Assembly (NCBI RefSeq): GCF_004010195.1
Contig: NC_057752.1
Location: 14,061,727 to 14,085,098 of the forward strand
DNA length: 23,372 nt
Direction: 5' to 3'
Origin: Chiloscyllium plagiosum
Taxonomy: Eukaryota
Shown here one piece after another: positions 19,859 through 23,372 of this stretch; within the stretch, counting starts at the first letter, position 1; every line of letters starts with the position of its first letter. The position numbers and the translations under genes were made by a program. Below the pieces are notes generated by a model. The model ran no database searches, was not told the origin of the DNA, and saw nothing but the letters and a program-made list of their open reading frames with translations.

Positions 19859-20706
19859 AAGAATGTCTCTCAGTGGGGACAAAGGTAAGTTTCGGATAAT
19901 ATACATAACGTGTAGAGTCAGTGACTTGGGAAGGGGATGTCAAGTAAAGAGTTCATACTCAAATCTGTGCACAATCAACTATGTAAGGGATCATTTGACA
20001 GAGTGCAATGCTACTGCACAGAACCTCATGTTTAAAAGATTCTGGAAGGTAGTGTTTATTCCTCAGCTTCTCCGAACTGAAGATTACCTCTTCAGTCGCT
20101 CTGTTTTCACAATCACTCCGCCCCTGGGAGTTTCCATCAACCCTTCTCCTCTGCTCTGCCGTAACCTTCGTTTCTGACTTCTATCACAAAGTCCCAGGTG
20201 AACAACTACAGAACAGTAAGCAATTTCACATCCAGAAATTAGAGAAAAATAAAGGAAACAGGCATACAGATGGCTCAGTAGGAAACCACATTGACGCCTG
20301 CCTGACTAATCCAGGCAAGGCTGCCCCTTCCTGCAATACCAGCGGTGGCCATGGCTCCTGATGGCGCTGCTGGGGTTGAATCAGCAGGAGGTGGGATCCA
20401 AAGACCCAGGAAATGTTAATCACTTGCAGCCAATGAAGTTCAATCCGTTGTGTGGCAGGAGAAACCTGTTTGGGAGGAACGAGCAAATTCTGGGCCTGCA
20501 TTCTCCATTGCTGGGGTGTTTTCCTCCTCTTCTGTTGTTACCGAATTGATAGTAAAAGCTCCATTGTGGTTGTATCTTGCAACAAACTGCGTGTTTGTAA
20601 GCGAACACAATGGGCTCGGGCCTATTTTATTTCCAGATCTTAGGGACATAGGAACCAGAGGAAGCCACTTACTTTGTGGCTCAACTGCATCTTGCCTTGT
20701 AAGACC

Positions 20707-20868
20707 AGAAGAAATAGGAACATGAGTAGGCCATTCGGCCCCTCAAGCCAGCTCCACCATTCAATAGGATCACGGTGAATCCCACATTCCTCACGTCCAC
20801 TTTCCTGCCCTTTCCCCATAACCCTTGATAACCAATTGATCAAGAATCAGTCTATCTCAACCTTGAAT
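20707..20868 (-). mobile_element. CR1 LINE 3' tail fragment
   Basis: gagtaggccattcggcccctcaagccagctccaccattcaatagg...ttccccataacccttgat...tctatctcaaccttgaat. Confidence 0.8.
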
Positions 20869-21130
20869 TCTACCCTTCCTCCATGCTTCCAAGACCCTTA
20901 ACACCTGACAGCAACAGTTGCAAGTTCCAAACAATCTTCAGGTTCAACAATCCTCAGGTTCAAGTTCCAGCTCCCCATTCCTGACTCTGGGATAAAATGA
21001 AACCACCCCTTATTAAGCCTAGCTCAGAATTTCTGTACCCTCGCCCCTCTTCCACACCTCCCACTTTCAGGAGCCTTTGACCAGAGGGAAGTTGCTTCCC
21101 TTCACAAACCACGTTGCATCCTGTCAAGCA

Positions 21131-21249
21131 GGCGTTTGTGGCGCAGTGGTAGTGTCCCTGGCTCTGAGCCAGGAGTTCGAGGCTCAGGCCTCACCTGCTC
21201 TCCAGCCGTGTGCTAAGACATCACTGAATAAGTTCGTTCAAGAACATCT
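21131..21249 (+). mobile_element. Short tRNA-derived SINE-like element
   Basis: tggcgcagtgg A box, tRNA-like gtagtgtccctggctctgagccagga, degenerate B box. Confidence 0.55.
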
Positions 21250-21329
21250 CTCCAGTCGTTTCAAAGCTGCTCAATTCGATGGTCCTCCCTTAAACGTCAA
21301 CGCTTGCAAGGCAAATCTCTGCGAGCCGT

Positions 21330-21450
21330 CCTCATAATGTGGCCCTTTCACCTCAGTACTGGCGTAAGTCTGTGCTGTACCCATCAAAGGCCAATGCATC
21401 CCCCCTGAAAAGGCTGTGCCAAGAACTGGGCATAGTACACCACACAAGAC
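21330..21450 (-). mobile_element. Decayed CR1 ORF2 fragment
   Basis: Minus strand gtactatgcccagttcttggcacagccttttcagggggg.atgcattggccttt resembles (E)YCxQFWxP..RxDxxAL. Confidence 0.5.
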
Positions 21451-21465
21451 ATGACCAGAACAGTT

Positions 21466-21687
21466 CGTGGTGTCGATTGTAGTCGTGATTTGGAGACGCT
21501 GGTGTTGGACTGGGATGGACAAAGTTAAAAATCCCACAACATCAGGTTATAGTCCAACAGGTTTATTTGGAAGCACTAGCTTTCGGAGCTAGTGATCACC
21601 TGATGAAGGAGCGACGCTCCAAAAGCTAGTGTGCTTCCAATTAAACCTGTTGGACTATAACCTGGTGTTGTGGGATTTTTAACTTTG
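21466..21687. mobile_element. Inverted-repeat Penelope-like insertion (two family B pLTR arms) with 14-bp TSD
   Basis: Arms 21520-21589 and 21616-21687 are reverse complements; + arm hammerhead CAC-CTGATGA-A-GGAGC-gac-GCTCC-aAAA-GCTA-GTG (21597-21631); TGACCAGAACAGTT at 21452-21465 and 21686-21699. Confidence 0.9.
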
Positions 21688-22111
21688 ACCAGAACAGTTG
21701 ATGCTGAAGTTACAAGTAATGGAGAAGTCAATGTCAGATCCCTCGAAAGAGGAATTGGTGGGGCAGGAGAGGTGGAAGGGGAAAATGCAGGCAAACAAGC
21801 TCAAAGATAAAAGCCAACTCTGACAAGAAAGGCTGACATGCAAATGTCACGAGTTGAAATAGAACAATGGACTGATAAAATCTGGTGTGCTGAGAGCTGA
21901 GTGCCTAATTGAGGGGAATGTTATGCTTGGTCCCAGAGTAAAGCACAGTGCCGTCAACAGCACTGAGATAGCACAGTGTGATCAATCACAAAGAGTCTTA
22001 TTCTTGGACCAGAGTCACGCTCCGAGTCAGCACGGATTACCAGAAAGCTGCGCCCTTGGCAAGAGCAGGGAAGCTGCATTTGGATAGGGCCTAAACGGTT
22101 CGGCAGTTACT

Positions 22112-22250
22112 GAGAGTCATAAAATCCTGACGTGTGGAAACAGGCTATTTGCCCCAACAAGTCCACACCGACCCTCCGAAGAGTAACCCATCCCAACCCA
22201 ATCCCCTATCATATCACTCGACATTTACCCCGACTCATGCAACTAACCAA
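22112..22250 (-). mobile_element. HE1 SINE 3' portion leading into the tandem array
   Basis: gtgtggaaacagg...cccaacaagtccacaccgaccctccgaagagtaaccca is the reverse complement of the HE1 tail. Confidence 0.88.
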
Positions 22251-23372
22251 CACATCCCTGGACACTATGGGACAATTTAACATGGCCAATACACCCTAAC
22301 CTGCACATCCCTGGACACTAGGAGACCATTTAGCATGGCCAATCCACCTTCACCTGCACATCCCTGGACACTATGGCACAATTTAGCACGGCCAATCCAC
22401 CCTAACATGCACATCACTGGGCACTATGGGACATTTTAGCATGGCCAGTCCACCCGAACCTGCACATTCCTGGGCACTACGGGAAAATTTAGCATGCCCA
22501 ATCCACCCTAACCTGCACATCCCTGGGTACTATGGGAAAATTTAGCATGGCCAATCCACCATAACCTGCACATCCCTGGGCACTATGGCACAATTTAGCA
22601 TAGCCAATCCACCCTCACCTGCACATCCTTGGAAACTAAGGAACAATTAGTAATGGCCAATCCACCCTAACCTGCACATCCCTGGGCACTATGGGACAAT
22701 TTAGCATGGCCAGCCCACCCTAACCTGCACATCCCCGGGCACTATGGGACAATTTAGCACGGCCAATCCACCCAAACCTGCACATCCCTGTACACTATGG
22801 GACAATTTACTATGGCCAATCCACCCTAACCTGCACATCCCTGGGCACTATGGGACAATTTAGCATGGCCAATCCCCCCTAACCTGCACATCCCTGGGTA
22901 CTATGGAAAATTTAGCATGCCCAATCCACCCTAACCTGCACATCCCTGGGTACTATGGGAAAATTTAGCATGGCCAATCCACCCTACCCTGCACATCCCT
23001 GGGCACGATGGGACAATTTAGCATGGCCAATCCACCCTAACTTGCACATCCCTGGACACTAGGGGACAATTTAGCATGGCCAATCCACCTTCACCTGCAC
23101 ATCCCTGGGCATTATGGGACAATTTAGCCCAGCCAATCCACCCTAACATGCACATCACTGGGCACTATGGGACAATTTAGCATGGCCAGTCCACCCTAAC
23201 CTGCACATCTTTGGACACTATTGGACAATTTAGCATGGCCAATCCACCCTAACCTGCACATCCCTGGGCACTATTGGACAATTTAGCATGGCCAATCCAT
23301 CCTAACCTGCTCATCGCTGGGTACTATGGGAAAATTTAGCCCGGCCAATCCACCCCAACCTGCACATCCCTG
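22251..23372. repeat. 53-bp tandem array (about 21 units, continues past the window end) derived from the HE1 SINE body
   Basis: Consensus cctgcacatccctgggcactatgggacaatttagcatggccaatccaccctaa; unit starts at 22300, 22353, 22406 and onward; matches HE1 7802-7863. Confidence 0.97.

Noticed and set aside
20226..20725. Cluster of overlapping short ORFs on both strands
   Set aside because: No recognisable homology or convincing splice structure
22251..23372. CRISPR-like regular array
   Set aside because: No unique spacers; the whole 53-bp unit repeats and derives from HE1, and the context is eukaryotic

Overview
Vertebrate nuclear DNA, most likely intronic or intergenic sequence from a shark (inferred from HE1 SINEs, HER1/CR1 LINEs and a SacSINE1-like fragment). 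It is dominated by nested retroelement debris. This includes about 9 HE1 SINE copies, many CR1/HER1 LINE fragments (one with the RT core and a 40-N assembly gap), at least three other tRNA-type SINE families, a probable 650-bp solo LTR with a 4-bp TSD, a ~34-bp minisatellite family, and a 53-bp HE1-derived tandem array that runs off the 3' end. The most notable signal is a dense set of about 10 Penelope-like element (PLE) pseudo-LTR fragments from two families. Most carry a minimal type I hammerhead ribozyme motif: CTGANGA-A-[stem II]-GAAA, a palindromic stem III (ACGT or AGCT), then the UH cleavage site. The core is fully intact at 11146-11180 (+) and 11939-11972 (+) and nearly intact at 13044-13078 (-) and 18727-18758 (-). 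Several PLE insertions are inverted-repeat structures and/or have clean 10-14-bp TSDs. No host gene is recognisable; there is only a weak minus-strand exon chain near 11.3-12.5 kb. Almost all ORFs in the supplied track are spurious or are decayed RT fragments.
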